The notes under the pieces are model-generated. The model was given only the letters and a program-made list of their open reading frames with translations. It was not told the origin of the DNA and ran no database searches. Of a DNA stretch of 64,000 nucleotides, positions 48,341 to 58,583 are shown in pieces. The stretch is from an uncultured Gemmatimonadaceae bacterium (GTDB lineage Bacteria > Gemmatimonadota > Gemmatimonadetes > Gemmatimonadales > Gemmatimonadaceae), in assembly GCA_963740355.1 (NCBI GenBank), contig CAVUDW010000002.1, forward strand, positions 1,536,001 to 1,600,000, given 5' to 3'. The number at the start of each line of letters is the position of its first letter. Positions within the stretch are counted from its first letter, which is position 1. The translations under genes were made by a program, and so were the position numbers.

Positions 48341-50356
48341 CTATCGCCGCACCCACACCGAATCGACGATCACCACCCCGTTGTTGTGCTGCGTCAGTCG
48401 CCATGCGCCGGCGCCGCGACGCTCGAGGTGGAAGGCGCTCTGGGTGTCCTTCAGCCGCTCCTGCTGTGCTGGCGTGAATGCCCCGCTGGTCCGGGCGGTC
48501 TCCCACTCACGAATCGCATCCAGCAGGGCGGGGGTCGCTGGGTTCGTGCGCAAGGCGCCAGGCCGCGCCACCATTGCGAACCCGGCGTTGTACGCGGCCG
48601 CGCGCGCCAGCATCCACTCCATCTCGCCCATCGTCGTACTGTCGGTGAGGAGATACCAGCCGAGCATGTGCGGCATGTAGTTCCGGTCGAACAGGGCCTG
48701 GTTATCGATGCGATACTGCTGCATGCTCTCGCGAAAGCCGCCATACCACGGCTCGCCCCAGTTGTAGTACGATCCGATGTGCCAGTAAAACGTCTTGCTG
48801 ATGCTGGTGCCGTTGACCAGGTCATGCTTCACCGCGCGCATCACATCCTCGGCGAAGACCGTCACGCCATAGTCCCCCTGACCTGACGCCAGCCCACCTT
48901 CGAACCCGTCGAAGTCGATGTGGTCCACTCCGGTCTCGTTGAGGAACGCGGCGAGGTTTGCCGCCACTTCGCGTTGCATCGCAAAGTTGGGGAAGAACAC
49001 CTTGTAGCTGTGATCGAACAGCTTGCCAACGACGCTCGCGGCGGGATGGCTTGACGCTGTGGTGCCGAACGCACCACGCTTGGCGCCGAGCAGTCGAAAC
49101 GGAGCGGTTACCGTCACACTGTCGTATTGCACCAACTCGCGATCGATGCGCACCGTGTGCAGGTGATTCTCCTTCACCTCGCCGAAATACTCCGCCGATG
49201 CAACATCGATCTCCGTCTGCTGGCGATCGATCCCGCGTACCAATGTCGAACTCCCCGTGATGCTCAACCGTGCATCGGGGACAGGCGTGACATACGGATC
49301 GTTGGTGTTGATGAAGTTGGTCAGCGTGTGAACGCCGAGGTGCAGTCCTGCGGCGCGCGCCTTCTCCACCGCGCGTCGAACTCCGGCGCGGCCACTCGGG
49401 AACTGGGAGTCTGCGAGGATGAAATGGCCCCAGCTCTTGAACGGCCCTTCATGGTACAGTGAGTAGAGCCCAGCGCGCTTCGTGTACGCCAGCATCTCAT
49501 CGACATCCCGCTCGCCGAATGACGAGATCAGGTATGATCGACCGTAGAGCGGTGACCGCTTCATCCAGACGCCATTGATCGTGGGATGGGGCAGGTGCTC
49601 CGCAAGTTCGATCCGCTCCAGCCAGTCGAGCGTGGACGACTCCGCGCAGCTGAACAGCGCAATGCTGCTGCCGACCACGGTCTCGCCGGGAATCGGCGGC
49701 ACAGGCATGTTTTTCTGGTTGCCGCCCCACGCATCGACGCGCCGCGCTCGGCTCCGATCGATGGCATATGCCTGCAGCGTGCTGCCCCACGGCGTGGCCG
49801 TCGCCGCGAGGCCGCGCGCCCAGGTGCTGCCTTCACCGTTGGGCAAGTCACCGCCGAGCGTCTTTGCGTTCAGCACCTGCAGACCGAGAGCCACCGATCC
49901 ATCTCGCACCACGCCGATCACCTCGCCGACCGTGCTGCCGATGGTCGTCGGGTACGGCCCCCAGATCACCGCGTCGACGTGCCTCGCTGGCCTTGCGCTC
50001 AGGATCGTGAGTGTGAGATGTGTCGCCCGTGCGCGCACCTGAAGCACCAGTCGCACCTTCGGCTCGGCATAGTCCAGCGTCAAGCGAGTGCCGACCAGTG
50101 TCAGCTTCGTCGGTGTGCTGCGGCGCCCGGCGCTGACGATGCTCACCAATGGCGCCGGACTCGCTGAGTACAAGTAATCCTTGCCGCTGGCGGTGTTTCG
50201 CAGTGCAGCGACGGTGCCATTCGGATTCAGTTCGAGTTGCAACGCTCCAGCCGAAAGACGCATCTGTGCGCCAAGCCCGCCCGCCCACAGCAGCATGAGC
50301 ATCGCAACACTTGCCAGACTGGCCGTCAGCGTGGACCGCAGAATCCTCGACGGCAT
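48341..50356 (-). CDS. Exported hypothetical protein, possible TIM-barrel glycoside hydrolase
   Basis: Signal peptide; QFPSG.AG....V.KA...GL.LGVHTL; DHIDFDGFE; divergent from the fucosidase. Confidence 0.6.
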   Translation of the reverse strand: MPSRILRSTLTASLASVAMLMLLWAGGLGAQMRLSAGALQLELNPNGTVAALRNTASGKDYLYSASPAPLVSIVSAGRRSTPTKLTLVGTRLTLDYAEPKVRLVLQVRARATHLTLTILSARPARHVDAVIWGPYPTTIGSTVGEVIGVVRDGSVALGLQVLNAKTLGGDLPNGEGSTWARGLAATATPWGSTLQAYAIDRSRARRVDAWGGNQKNMPVPPIPGETVVGSSIALFSCAESSTLDWLERIELAEHLPHPTINGVWMKRSPLYGRSYLISSFGERDVDEMLAYTKRAGLYSLYHEGPFKSWGHFILADSQFPSGRAGVRRAVEKARAAGLHLGVHTLTNFINTNDPYVTPVPDARLSITGSSTLVRGIDRQQTEIDVASAEYFGEVKENHLHTVRIDRELVQYDSVTVTAPFRLLGAKRGAFGTTASSHPAASVVGKLFDHSYKVFFPNFAMQREVAANLAAFLNETGVDHIDFDGFEGGLASGQGDYGVTVFAEDVMRAVKHDLVNGTSISKTFYWHIGSYYNWGEPWYGGFRESMQQYRIDNQALFDRNYMPHMLGWYLLTDSTTMGEMEWMLARAAAYNAGFAMVARPGALRTNPATPALLDAIREWETARTSGAFTPAQQERLKDTQSAFHLERRGAGAWRLTQHNNGVVIVDSVWVRR

Positions 50357-50499
50357 GAACACACCTTGGGAATGGGTCTGGTCGCGGAATCCACCGGTCG
50401 ACGAGCGACGCATGCTCGGGCGTCGAGGGTCGTGGCCTCGGCGGTGCTGCACGGGCGTAACTTGCACCGCTCGCGCCACAGCGCTAGCGTCTCGCCACA

Positions 50500-51894
50500 A
50501 TGCAACGACGCGAGTTCCTCGGGCAGATGGGGGCCAGCACGGCGGGCCTCGCCCTCGGCGCGCGCGCGGCGACGACGTCAATCTCCCGCTGGTTCGATCC
50601 GGCGCGAAGCAGCACCGATCGAATGGCGTGGTGGCGCGACGCACGCTTCGGGATGTTCATCCATTTCGGTCTCTATTCCTCCCTCGGTGGTGAGTGGAAG
50701 GGCAAGCCGACTGGATCGCACGAGTGGATCCGCAACAATGCGAAGATCCCCCACGAGGAGTACATCCCGCTGGTTCGCGACTTCAACCCGAGTCAACTCG
50801 ACGTTGACAGCTGGGTGCGGGCCGCCAAGGATGCTGGGCAGAAGTATGTCGTGTTCACGACCAAGCACCACGAGGGCTTCTCGCTCTTCGATTCTCGCGT
50901 GACGTCGTATGATGTGATGTCAACGCCCTACAAGCGCGACGTCGCCCGCGATGTCGCGCGCGCCTGTCGCAGGCATGGGATGCGTATCGGATGGTACTAC
51001 TCCATCATGGACTGGTATCACCCTGACTACCTCCCACGCCGCGACTGGGAGACGCGAGATGCCTCCACCGCAGACTTCACGCGTTACGTCGCGTTCATGA
51101 AGGCGCAGTTGCGGGAGCTTCTCACCCACTACGGCGACATCTCCGTGCTCTGGTTCGATGGGCAGTGGGAGAGTACCTGGACGCATGAGATCGCCCAGTC
51201 GCTTGGTGCCTTCTGCCGATCGATTGCGCCAGACATCATCATCAATGACCGAATAGATGTGGGTGTCCCGAAGCAGCCCGCGCCCGATCCGTCGTACCAC
51301 GTCGTGGGCGACTACACGACGCCTGAACTGACGGTACCAGAGAGTCAGCTCGCTGGTGTGGACTGGGAGACGTGCATGACGATGAACAAGAACTGGGGAT
51401 ACTCGAAGGCCGATCACGACTTCAAGTCGGTACCGACGCTGGTGAAGCTGTTGATCGAGACGTCGTCCAAGGGCGGAAACCTGCTGCTCAACGTTGGACC
51501 CATGGGCGACGGCCGAATACCGCAGGAGAGCCTCGATGGCCTCGCGGGTATCGGCGCGTGGATGCGGGTGAATGGCAGCGCCATCTATGGCACCCGCGCC
51601 ACTCCCTTCGCCGGCGCACCGCTTCGAGTGACGTCTCAACCTCGGCGATTGAACCTGTTCGTCGAGGAGTGGCGTGGTGGTGGCGTGACCATGCCAACGC
51701 TTCGGACGGTGCCACGCGAAGCGTACCTGCTGGAGGATCGGTCGCTCCGAATTGCCACCAGTCTCTCGGAGGATGGGCTGAGCGTCGTGCTTCCAGATCG
51801 CGGTCCCGGGACACTCGTGCCAGTGGTGGTGCTCGAGTTCGATGAACCACCGCAGGTCGGTGGCGCCACACACCAGCCTCACCCCCGATCATGA
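50500..51894 (+). CDS. Tat-exported alpha-L-fucosidase (GH29)
   Basis: QRREFL; WWRDARFGMFIHFG, TTKHHEGF, LWFDG, WETCMT, GGNLLLNVGP. Confidence 0.95.
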   Translation: MQRREFLGQMGASTAGLALGARAATTSISRWFDPARSSTDRMAWWRDARFGMFIHFGLYSSLGGEWKGKPTGSHEWIRNNAKIPHEEYIPLVRDFNPSQLDVDSWVRAAKDAGQKYVVFTTKHHEGFSLFDSRVTSYDVMSTPYKRDVARDVARACRRHGMRIGWYYSIMDWYHPDYLPRRDWETRDASTADFTRYVAFMKAQLRELLTHYGDISVLWFDGQWESTWTHEIAQSLGAFCRSIAPDIIINDRIDVGVPKQPAPDPSYHVVGDYTTPELTVPESQLAGVDWETCMTMNKNWGYSKADHDFKSVPTLVKLLIETSSKGGNLLLNVGPMGDGRIPQESLDGLAGIGAWMRVNGSAIYGTRATPFAGAPLRVTSQPRRLNLFVEEWRGGGVTMPTLRTVPREAYLLEDRSLRIATSLSEDGLSVVLPDRGPGTLVPVVVLEFDEPPQVGGATHQPHPRS

Positions 51895-53540
51895 CGCCGC
51901 GTCGAGTGCTCCAGATTCACCCACATGATTCCGTGCTCGTGGCGTTGGCCGATCACGCCGTAGGTGATGTGATCTGGCACGACGGTGCCGACATCACGCT
52001 CGTCACGCCCGTGAAGGCAAAGCACAAGGTGGTGCTGCGCGATGTCGCGGTTGGTGATCCCATCATCATGTACGGCGTGTTGGTTGGCCGTGCCACGCAA
52101 CCCATCGCACGCGGTGCGGCGCTCACGACGGACAACGTGCGCCACGACAATGCGCCAATCGACTTGTCGGCGCCGGTAGCGCGACCGTGGCAGGCCCCGG
52201 ACGTCTCGCGAGTCGCGAATCGAACCTTCGACGGCTATCACCGGGCCGATGGTCGAGTCGGGACGCGCAATCTCTGGCTCGTGCTGCCGCTGGTGTTCTG
52301 CGAAAACCGGAACGTGCGCGCGCTACAGGAGGCGTTCGACCGCGAACTCGGCTACGCCGCGCCGCAGCGGCACCAGCGTGCCGTGCGCGAGATGGTGCGA
52401 CGGTACCAGCAGGGCGAGGCCATCGACGTCGCCCCGTTGCCAGCCGACGCGGCTGCTGCGACGCAAACGAGGACATTCCCCAATCTGGATGGGATCCGCT
52501 TCCTCACCCACGACGGGGGCTGTGGAGGCACACGCGACGACACGCGGGCGCTGTGCGGACTTCTGGCTGGCTACCTCGTGCATCCGAACGTCGCTGGTGC
52601 CACGGTGCTCTCGCTGGGGTGCCAGCATGCGCAGGTCGACCTCCTGCGAGAGGAACTCGCGCGTCGGGATCCTGCCTTCGCCAAGCCGCTGCTCACCTTC
52701 GAGCAGCAGCGAATGGGAACCGAGGACGCACTGATGACCGCAGCCATTCATGAGAGCTTTGCCGGCTTCATCGAGGCGAATCGTGCCGTCCGCACGCCAG
52801 CTCCACTGTCGGCTCTCTCGGTCGGGCTCAAGTGCGGCGGCTCGGACGGCTTTTCGGGAATCTCCGCCAATCCTGCGATCGGCTACACCTCCGATCTGCT
52901 CTGTGCGGTTGGAGGAACGACGCTGCTGGCCGAATTCCCCGAACTGCTGGGGTCCGAGCAGGAGTTGATCGAGCGCTGCACACGACCAGACCTCGCCCTG
53001 CGTTTCGCTGAGCTGATGCGTGCCTACGATGCACAGGCGCACGCCGTCGGTTCCGGGTTCGAGATGAATCCGTCCCCCGGCAACATTCGCGATGGGTTGC
53101 TCACTGATGCGATGAAGTCCGCCGGTGCGGCACGGAAGGGCGGAACCTCGCCCGTGACGGATGTCCTCGACTATCCCGACCGCGCCCAGACGCCGGGGCT
53201 GAATTTGCTCTGCACACCGGGCAATGATGTCGAATGCACCACCGCACAGGCGGCAGCGGGGGCGAACATCATCCTGTTCACCACAGGGCTCGGGACGCCG
53301 ACTGGCAACCCGGTCGCTCCGGTGCTGAAGCTGGCGACGAACACGCCGCTCGCTCGACGCATGCCTGATACGGTGGACATCGATTGTGGCGATGTCGTCT
53401 CAGGGGATGCGACACTGGAAGAGATGGGCGAACGCATCCTCGACCTGGTGATCGAGACGGCCAGTGGTCGGCATGTGACAGCCGCCGAGCGCCTTGGGCA
53501 ATGGGACTTCATACCGTGGAAACGAGGGGTATCGCTGTGA
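51891..53540 (+). CDS. UxaA/GarD family sugar-acid dehydratase (probable L-fuconate dehydratase)
   Basis: N-terminal SAF domain; GY.R.DGRVGTRN, H..GCG, GLKCGGSDGFSG..ANP, NPSPGN, FTTG.GTP. Confidence 0.9.
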   Translation: MTPRRVLQIHPHDSVLVALADHAVGDVIWHDGADITLVTPVKAKHKVVLRDVAVGDPIIMYGVLVGRATQPIARGAALTTDNVRHDNAPIDLSAPVARPWQAPDVSRVANRTFDGYHRADGRVGTRNLWLVLPLVFCENRNVRALQEAFDRELGYAAPQRHQRAVREMVRRYQQGEAIDVAPLPADAAAATQTRTFPNLDGIRFLTHDGGCGGTRDDTRALCGLLAGYLVHPNVAGATVLSLGCQHAQVDLLREELARRDPAFAKPLLTFEQQRMGTEDALMTAAIHESFAGFIEANRAVRTPAPLSALSVGLKCGGSDGFSGISANPAIGYTSDLLCAVGGTTLLAEFPELLGSEQELIERCTRPDLALRFAELMRAYDAQAHAVGSGFEMNPSPGNIRDGLLTDAMKSAGAARKGGTSPVTDVLDYPDRAQTPGLNLLCTPGNDVECTTAQAAAGANIILFTTGLGTPTGNPVAPVLKLATNTPLARRMPDTVDIDCGDVVSGDATLEEMGERILDLVIETASGRHVTAAERLGQWDFIPWKRGVSL

Positions 53541-54322
53541 GTGACGGAGGAAAGGAGGCCTTTACGCTGACTGGTCGCGTGGCGGCGGTCACGGGTGCCG
53601 CGAGCGGCATCGGTCGTGCAATTGCCGAGGAGTTCGTGCGGGCCGGCGCGTTCGTGCACTGCCTCGATCGCGACAGCGAGGCGGTCCAGTCGGTTGCTGC
53701 GGCTCTTGGCGCGAGTGCGCAGGCACACCAATGCGATGTGACTGATCTCGAGTCGGTGACGCGTATCTTCGAGCGCATCGAGAAGGAAATGCCGGTGGAC
53801 ATCCTCGTGAACAACGCGGGCGTCTCGCACATCGGGAACGTCGGCAATACCTCACCTGAGGACTTCGATCGACTCTTCCGTGTCAACGTGCAGGGTGTCT
53901 ACCTCTGCACGCGCGCCGTGATCAGCGGCATGGCAGCTCGAAAGTTCGGCGTGATCATCAACATGGCGTCGATCGCCGCGTCGGCCGGGCTTGCCGACCG
54001 CTTCGCCTACGCCATGACGAAGGGGGCCGTGGTCGCGATGACCTACTCCATTGCGCGCGACTACGTGCACGATGGCGTGCGCTGCAATTGCATCTCGCCG
54101 GCGCGCGTGCACACTCCCTTCGTGGACGACTTCCTCGCGAGGACCTACCCGGGGAACGAGGCTGCCGTCTTTGCACGGCTGGCTGCCGCGCAACCGGTTG
54201 GACGCATGGGGCGCCCCGATGAAGTGGCGACGTTGGCGCGCTTCCTCGCCAGCGATGAAGCAGCCTTCCTGACCGGCACCGACTATCCAATCGATGGCGG
54301 CTTTCTGCGGCTGCATGGCTGA
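53537..54322 (+). CDS. SDR oxidoreductase (probable 2-keto-3-deoxy-L-fuconate dehydrogenase)
   Basis: TGAASGIG, NNAG, DRFAY..TKGAV, RCNCISP.RVHTPFV, QP.GRMG; GTG start overlapping the upstream stop. Confidence 0.85.
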   Translation: MSDGGKEAFTLTGRVAAVTGAASGIGRAIAEEFVRAGAFVHCLDRDSEAVQSVAAALGASAQAHQCDVTDLESVTRIFERIEKEMPVDILVNNAGVSHIGNVGNTSPEDFDRLFRVNVQGVYLCTRAVISGMAARKFGVIINMASIAASAGLADRFAYAMTKGAVVAMTYSIARDYVHDGVRCNCISPARVHTPFVDDFLARTYPGNEAAVFARLAAAQPVGRMGRPDEVATLARFLASDEAAFLTGTDYPIDGGFLRLHG

Positions 54323-54358
54323 CAGCACGAGCCTCGGCCACAACAGCGTGACGCGATA

Positions 54359-55189
54359 GTGCGCGTCGACAGCCACCAGCACTTCTGGCATTTCGATCCT
54401 GTGCGTGATGCCTGGATCGATGACAGCATGCCTGTGCTTCGCCACGACTTTCTCCCTCGTGATGTCGAGCCGCTGATGCGTGCCGCCGGCGTGGACGCGG
54501 TCGTGGCCGTGCAGGCCGATCAATCCGACGCTGAAACTGACTTTCTGCTTGATCTGGCCGCGCGGTACCACTGGATTCGGGGCGTCGTTGGCTGGATCGA
54601 CCTGCGGGCGACGGATTTGCGCGCGCAGCTCGAGCAACGGCAGCGTGCTGGCCTCCTGAAAGGATTTCGGCATATCGCGCAATCGGAGCCGGATGACTTT
54701 CTCGCACGGCCGGAGGTGCGTGCCGGCATAATCGCGTTGGGAGAGGCCGACTTCACCTACGATGTCCTGGTTCACGCCCGGCAGCTTCCCGCGGCGGATG
54801 ATCTCGTGGCGCGGTGTGGCGGCGTGCAGTTCGTCCTCGACCACGGTGCGAAGCCGCCGATCGCAAGCGGCGCGCTCTCAGAGTGGGAGCGGGGGATATC
54901 ACGAATCGCTCGGCACTCGAATGTGACGTGCAAGATGTCCGGCTTGATCACGGAGGCCAGCTGGAGCCATTGGCGGCGTGAGGACATCGCGCCTTGTTTC
55001 GACATGCTGGCCGAGGCGTTCGGACCAGAGCGGCTCATGTTCGGTTCTGATTGGCCCGTATGCCTGTTGGCCGGTGAGTACGCCCGCGTGATCGATATTG
55101 TGGAGACGTGGGCGTTGTGCTTGACACCACTCGAGCGCGCGCGTGTCTTTGGCGGCACTGCGGTGGCCGTGTACCGTCTGGAGGGGTGA
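54359..55189 (+). CDS. L-fucono-lactonase (amidohydrolase_2)
   Basis: DSHQHFW, VAVQA, GVVGWIDL, KGFRH, VLDH..KP, RLMFGSDWPVC. Confidence 0.9.
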   Translation: MRVDSHQHFWHFDPVRDAWIDDSMPVLRHDFLPRDVEPLMRAAGVDAVVAVQADQSDAETDFLLDLAARYHWIRGVVGWIDLRATDLRAQLEQRQRAGLLKGFRHIAQSEPDDFLARPEVRAGIIALGEADFTYDVLVHARQLPAADDLVARCGGVQFVLDHGAKPPIASGALSEWERGISRIARHSNVTCKMSGLITEASWSHWRREDIAPCFDMLAEAFGPERLMFGSDWPVCLLAGEYARVIDIVETWALCLTPLERARVFGGTAVAVYRLEG

Positions 55190-55975
55190 ATGGAGCTCGG
55201 ACTCGAGGGGCGCGCGATCCTCGTTACCGGCGGCGCCAAGGGTATTGGCGCGGCGATCGCGCGCTTGCTGGCCGCAGAGGGCGCCCGTCCCATCGTTCTC
55301 GATCGCGATGAAGCGGCCCTGTCCGCGATGCGCGAGAGCGTGCGGGATGTGATTGCGATTGTCTGCGATCTGCGGGATCCGGCGGCCTGCCGCGACGCGG
55401 TGTCGGATGCAGTCGCGCGAGCTGGCGACATTGCGGCGCTGGTCAACAATGCCGGCGTGAACGATGGGGTCGGGCTGGAGCATGGGGATCCCGATCGATT
55501 CCGGGAGTCGCTTCGCACCAACCTGCATCACTACTACGACGTTGCGCACGCCGCATTGCCCTCGTTGAAGGCTGCCACGCGAGGCGGCTGGAAGGCGGGC
55601 ATCGTGAACATCGCGAGCAAGACCGCGGTGACGGGGCAGGGTGGCACCTCCGGCTACGCCGCGTCGAAGGGAGCGATCCTCGCCCTCACGCGCGAGTGGG
55701 CGGTGGAGCTGCTGCCGTATGGCATCCGCGTGAATGCGATCGTGCCAGCCGAGGTGAAGACGCCGCTGTATGAATCCTGGTTGCAGACATTCCCGGACCC
55801 GGCGGCGCAGGAGGCGAAAGTCCTCGATCGGATCCCGCTCGAGCAGCGCATGACACACCCCGACGAGATCGCATCGATGGCCTGCTACCTGCTGTCGGCG
55901 CGTGCAGGACACACTACCGGACAGCATCTCTTCGTCGATGGTGGCTATGTCCATCTCGATCGGGCGCTCCGCTGA
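55190..55975 (+). CDS. L-fucose dehydrogenase (SDR)
   Basis: NNAGVNDGVGL, NL.HYY..AH, SKTAVTGQG.TSGY.ASKG..LALTREWA, VDGGY.HLDRAL, typical of SDR L-fucose dehydrogenases. Confidence 0.88.
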   Translation: MELGLEGRAILVTGGAKGIGAAIARLLAAEGARPIVLDRDEAALSAMRESVRDVIAIVCDLRDPAACRDAVSDAVARAGDIAALVNNAGVNDGVGLEHGDPDRFRESLRTNLHHYYDVAHAALPSLKAATRGGWKAGIVNIASKTAVTGQGGTSGYAASKGAILALTREWAVELLPYGIRVNAIVPAEVKTPLYESWLQTFPDPAAQEAKVLDRIPLEQRMTHPDEIASMACYLLSARAGHTTGQHLFVDGGYVHLDRALR

Positions 55976-56005
55976 CTGTCTGACTCACGATCGACTGGAG
56001 ACCGG

Positions 56006-57274
56006 ATGTCCGATCGCAGCGCCCCGCTCACGGACCGACAGTATGTCGTGCCGTTCGTGCTCGTCACGTCGCTCTTCTTTCTCTGGGCGATCGGCGTCAA
56101 CCTGAACGATGTGCTGGTGCCGCACCTGAAGAAGGCGCTCGACCTCAGCGACTTCCAGTCATCGCTGATCCAGACGGCATTCTTCAGCGGCTATTTCCTG
56201 ATGGCGCTACCGGCGGGATGGCTGATGCGCCGGCTTGGATATCGGCGCGGGATCCTGATCGGACTGGCATTGTGTGCCGCAGGGACACTTCTCTTTCAGC
56301 CGGCCGCTTCGGCGCGCTGGTATCCGTTCTTCCTGTTGGCGCTGTTCGTGATGGCCTGCGGGCAATGTGTGCTCGAGGTGGCGGCGAATCCGTACGTGAC
56401 GGTGCTTGGTCCGACGGAATCGGCGGCGCGTCGGCTGAATGTGGCACAGGCGTTCAACGCAGTCGGCGCGGTGCTGACACCGGTGCTCGGGTCGCGATTC
56501 ATCCTCTCCGGGGTGGAGCATTCGTCGTCCGACATCGCCAGCATGTCGCCGGCTGCGATCGAAGCCTGGCGCTCGGCGGAGGCGATGGGCGTGAAGGGGC
56601 CATACGTCGTGATCACCGCGCTGTTCGTGCTGGTTGGGATGATGATCGCGTTCGCCAATCTTCCCGAGGTGTCGGAAGCCGGTGTGGGGGGCGGTCGCGG
56701 GCTGGCCAGTGCGTGGCGGCATTCGCAACTGCGCAACGGTGTCATCGCGCAATTCTGTTATGTCGGCGCACAGGTCGGTGTCGCGTCGTTCGTCATCCGC
56801 TTCGTGCAGCAGGCGATGCCAGGCACGGGTGAACGCGACGCCGCGAGTTTTCTGCAGTGGCACATGGCGGCGTTCCTTGTCGGGCGCATCGGTGGGGCGT
56901 TGGTGATGACGCGTGTGCCGGCGCCGAAACTCCTCAGCGTCGTGGCGGCACTGGGAATCGTATCAGCCGCCGGCGCAGCACTCGGCGCAGGCTCGCTCTC
57001 CGTGTGGCTGGTGGTGCTGCTCGGACTGTGCCACTCAATCCAGTTCCCGACGATCTTCGCCCTCGCCATCGATGGGCTGGGCGATGATACCAAGTCGGGG
57101 TCATCGCTGGTGGTGATGAGCATCGTCGGCGGCGCCATCATTCCGGCGGCCATGGGCGCATTGTCCGACGCGCGTGGTATTCAGTCGGCATTCTGGATTC
57201 CGGTCGCCTGCTATGCAGCCGTCTTGTACTTCGGGCTGCGCGGCCATCGACACACGACGGAGGAGCGCGCATGA
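56006..57274 (+). CDS. fucP: L-fucose:H+ symporter
   Basis: VTSLFFLW, LEVAANPY..VLG....A..RLN.AQAFN, YVGAQV, SIQFPTIF, MSIVGGA. Confidence 0.9.
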   Translation: MSDRSAPLTDRQYVVPFVLVTSLFFLWAIGVNLNDVLVPHLKKALDLSDFQSSLIQTAFFSGYFLMALPAGWLMRRLGYRRGILIGLALCAAGTLLFQPAASARWYPFFLLALFVMACGQCVLEVAANPYVTVLGPTESAARRLNVAQAFNAVGAVLTPVLGSRFILSGVEHSSSDIASMSPAAIEAWRSAEAMGVKGPYVVITALFVLVGMMIAFANLPEVSEAGVGGGRGLASAWRHSQLRNGVIAQFCYVGAQVGVASFVIRFVQQAMPGTGERDAASFLQWHMAAFLVGRIGGALVMTRVPAPKLLSVVAALGIVSAAGAALGAGSLSVWLVVLLGLCHSIQFPTIFALAIDGLGDDTKSGSSLVVMSIVGGAIIPAAMGALSDARGIQSAFWIPVACYAAVLYFGLRGHRHTTEERA

Positions 57275-57621
57275 ACGCGACGTCAACCGAGCGGTGGTGC
57301 CTTGCGCTCGACCTGAAGGATGATCCGGCGCTGATCGACGAGTACTGCCGTCTTCACGAGGACATCTGGCCGGAGATCGCGACCAGCATTCGCGACGCGG
57401 GCATCGTCGGCATGCAGATCTGGCGGACGGGTAATCGGCTCTTCATGGTGATGGAGACCGATGCGCGTTTCGATCCCAAGGCAAAGGCGCTCGCCGATGC
57501 CACCAATCCGAGGGTGCAGGAGTGGGAGTCGCTGATGTGGCGGTTTCAGCAGCCGCTGCCGTGGGCGGCGGCGGGCGAGAAGTGGGTGTTGATGGAGCGA
57601 ATCTTCGATCTCGACGCATGA
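57271..57621 (+). CDS. L-rhamnose/L-fucose mutarotase family protein
   Basis: LDLKDDP.LI.EY...H..IWPE, GNRLFM, VQEWE.LM..FQ, KWVLME.IF. Confidence 0.9.
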   Translation: MNATSTERWCLALDLKDDPALIDEYCRLHEDIWPEIATSIRDAGIVGMQIWRTGNRLFMVMETDARFDPKAKALADATNPRVQEWESLMWRFQQPLPWAAAGEKWVLMERIFDLDA

Positions 57622-57704
57622 TGCTGGCGTGAAAATCGGTTGCCGAGACGCGTGTCGTCGTCTCGCCGTTCTTACTTACGAACGCTTCGCCAAAGGGCCT
57701 GCGC

Positions 57705-58430
57705 TTAGCGATCCGGAATCGAGGTCTCGAGCAGCTTGGCCTGCAGATTCACTCGATGGGTGAGCGCACCGGTCGTCAGCACATGGGCGAACGCCGTCCC
57801 GTCGAAGCTGACAGCCGCGTGCGTCGCAGTGCGAACGGGCCGCTGTTGGGCCTTGCCGACCATGTTGGTGAGTTCGAGCACCACTATACCCGTCAGCGGC
57901 CAGAGGAAGCGCGGGTCATTCACGAGATAGCGAACATCGGCGTAGCGATGCACCCGCACGAGCGTAGTGGGTTCACGGCCGGCGGCACCGCGGTCGATCT
58001 TGACGATCGAGTCGAGCCCATTCATCACCACGTGCCCGCGATCATCGAGCGCGTACTGACGCGTGAATGCGCGCGACTCGGTGGCGCCGTCGGCGAGGGT
58101 GGCTCGCGTGTGCCGGATCGTCTCGATGACCGAACCCGGCTTGCCGTCATAGACGGGCACGGTGCCGCCCGAGGAGTCGGCGAAGTGCACCTGTGAGCTA
58201 TCGCTGGATCCGCACGCCGGTGTGACCTTGCAGGCCGCGAGGTCAGCCATCGACGGCCGTTCGTAGGCTGCAGCGAGGCCGAAGAAGTCGATCATCGCCG
58301 GCGTGAGCTTGGTCGAGAGCGGGATGCCTTCCTGCGCCGCCGCCTCGCGTGGGCGTGGCGTGGCGACGATGCCTGCGGCTGCAATGGCAACGGCGGCGAG
58401 CGTGAGCAGGAACGGCTTGGTGGGCGGCAT
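57705..58430 (-). CDS. Hypothetical exported protein
   Basis: 241-aa ORF with signal peptide filling the gap between genes. Confidence 0.6.
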   Translation of the reverse strand: MPPTKPFLLTLAAVAIAAAGIVATPRPREAAAQEGIPLSTKLTPAMIDFFGLAAAYERPSMADLAACKVTPACGSSDSSQVHFADSSGGTVPVYDGKPGSVIETIRHTRATLADGATESRAFTRQYALDDRGHVVMNGLDSIVKIDRGAAGREPTTLVRVHRYADVRYLVNDPRFLWPLTGIVVLELTNMVGKAQQRPVRTATHAAVSFDGTAFAHVLTTGALTHRVNLQAKLLETSIPDR

Positions 58431-58583
58431 CGCGAGGGGGCAGGGCGGAGGTCGATGGTGCTGAGGGGTGACGACGCGCCGACCACCAGCGTCACCGGCT
58501 GAGCTATCGGTCGCGCCGGGTCATCGGCGACCGCGTCTCCGATGCGCCGTGCCGCCGCGGGCCAGGATCGGGTACACTTCGGC

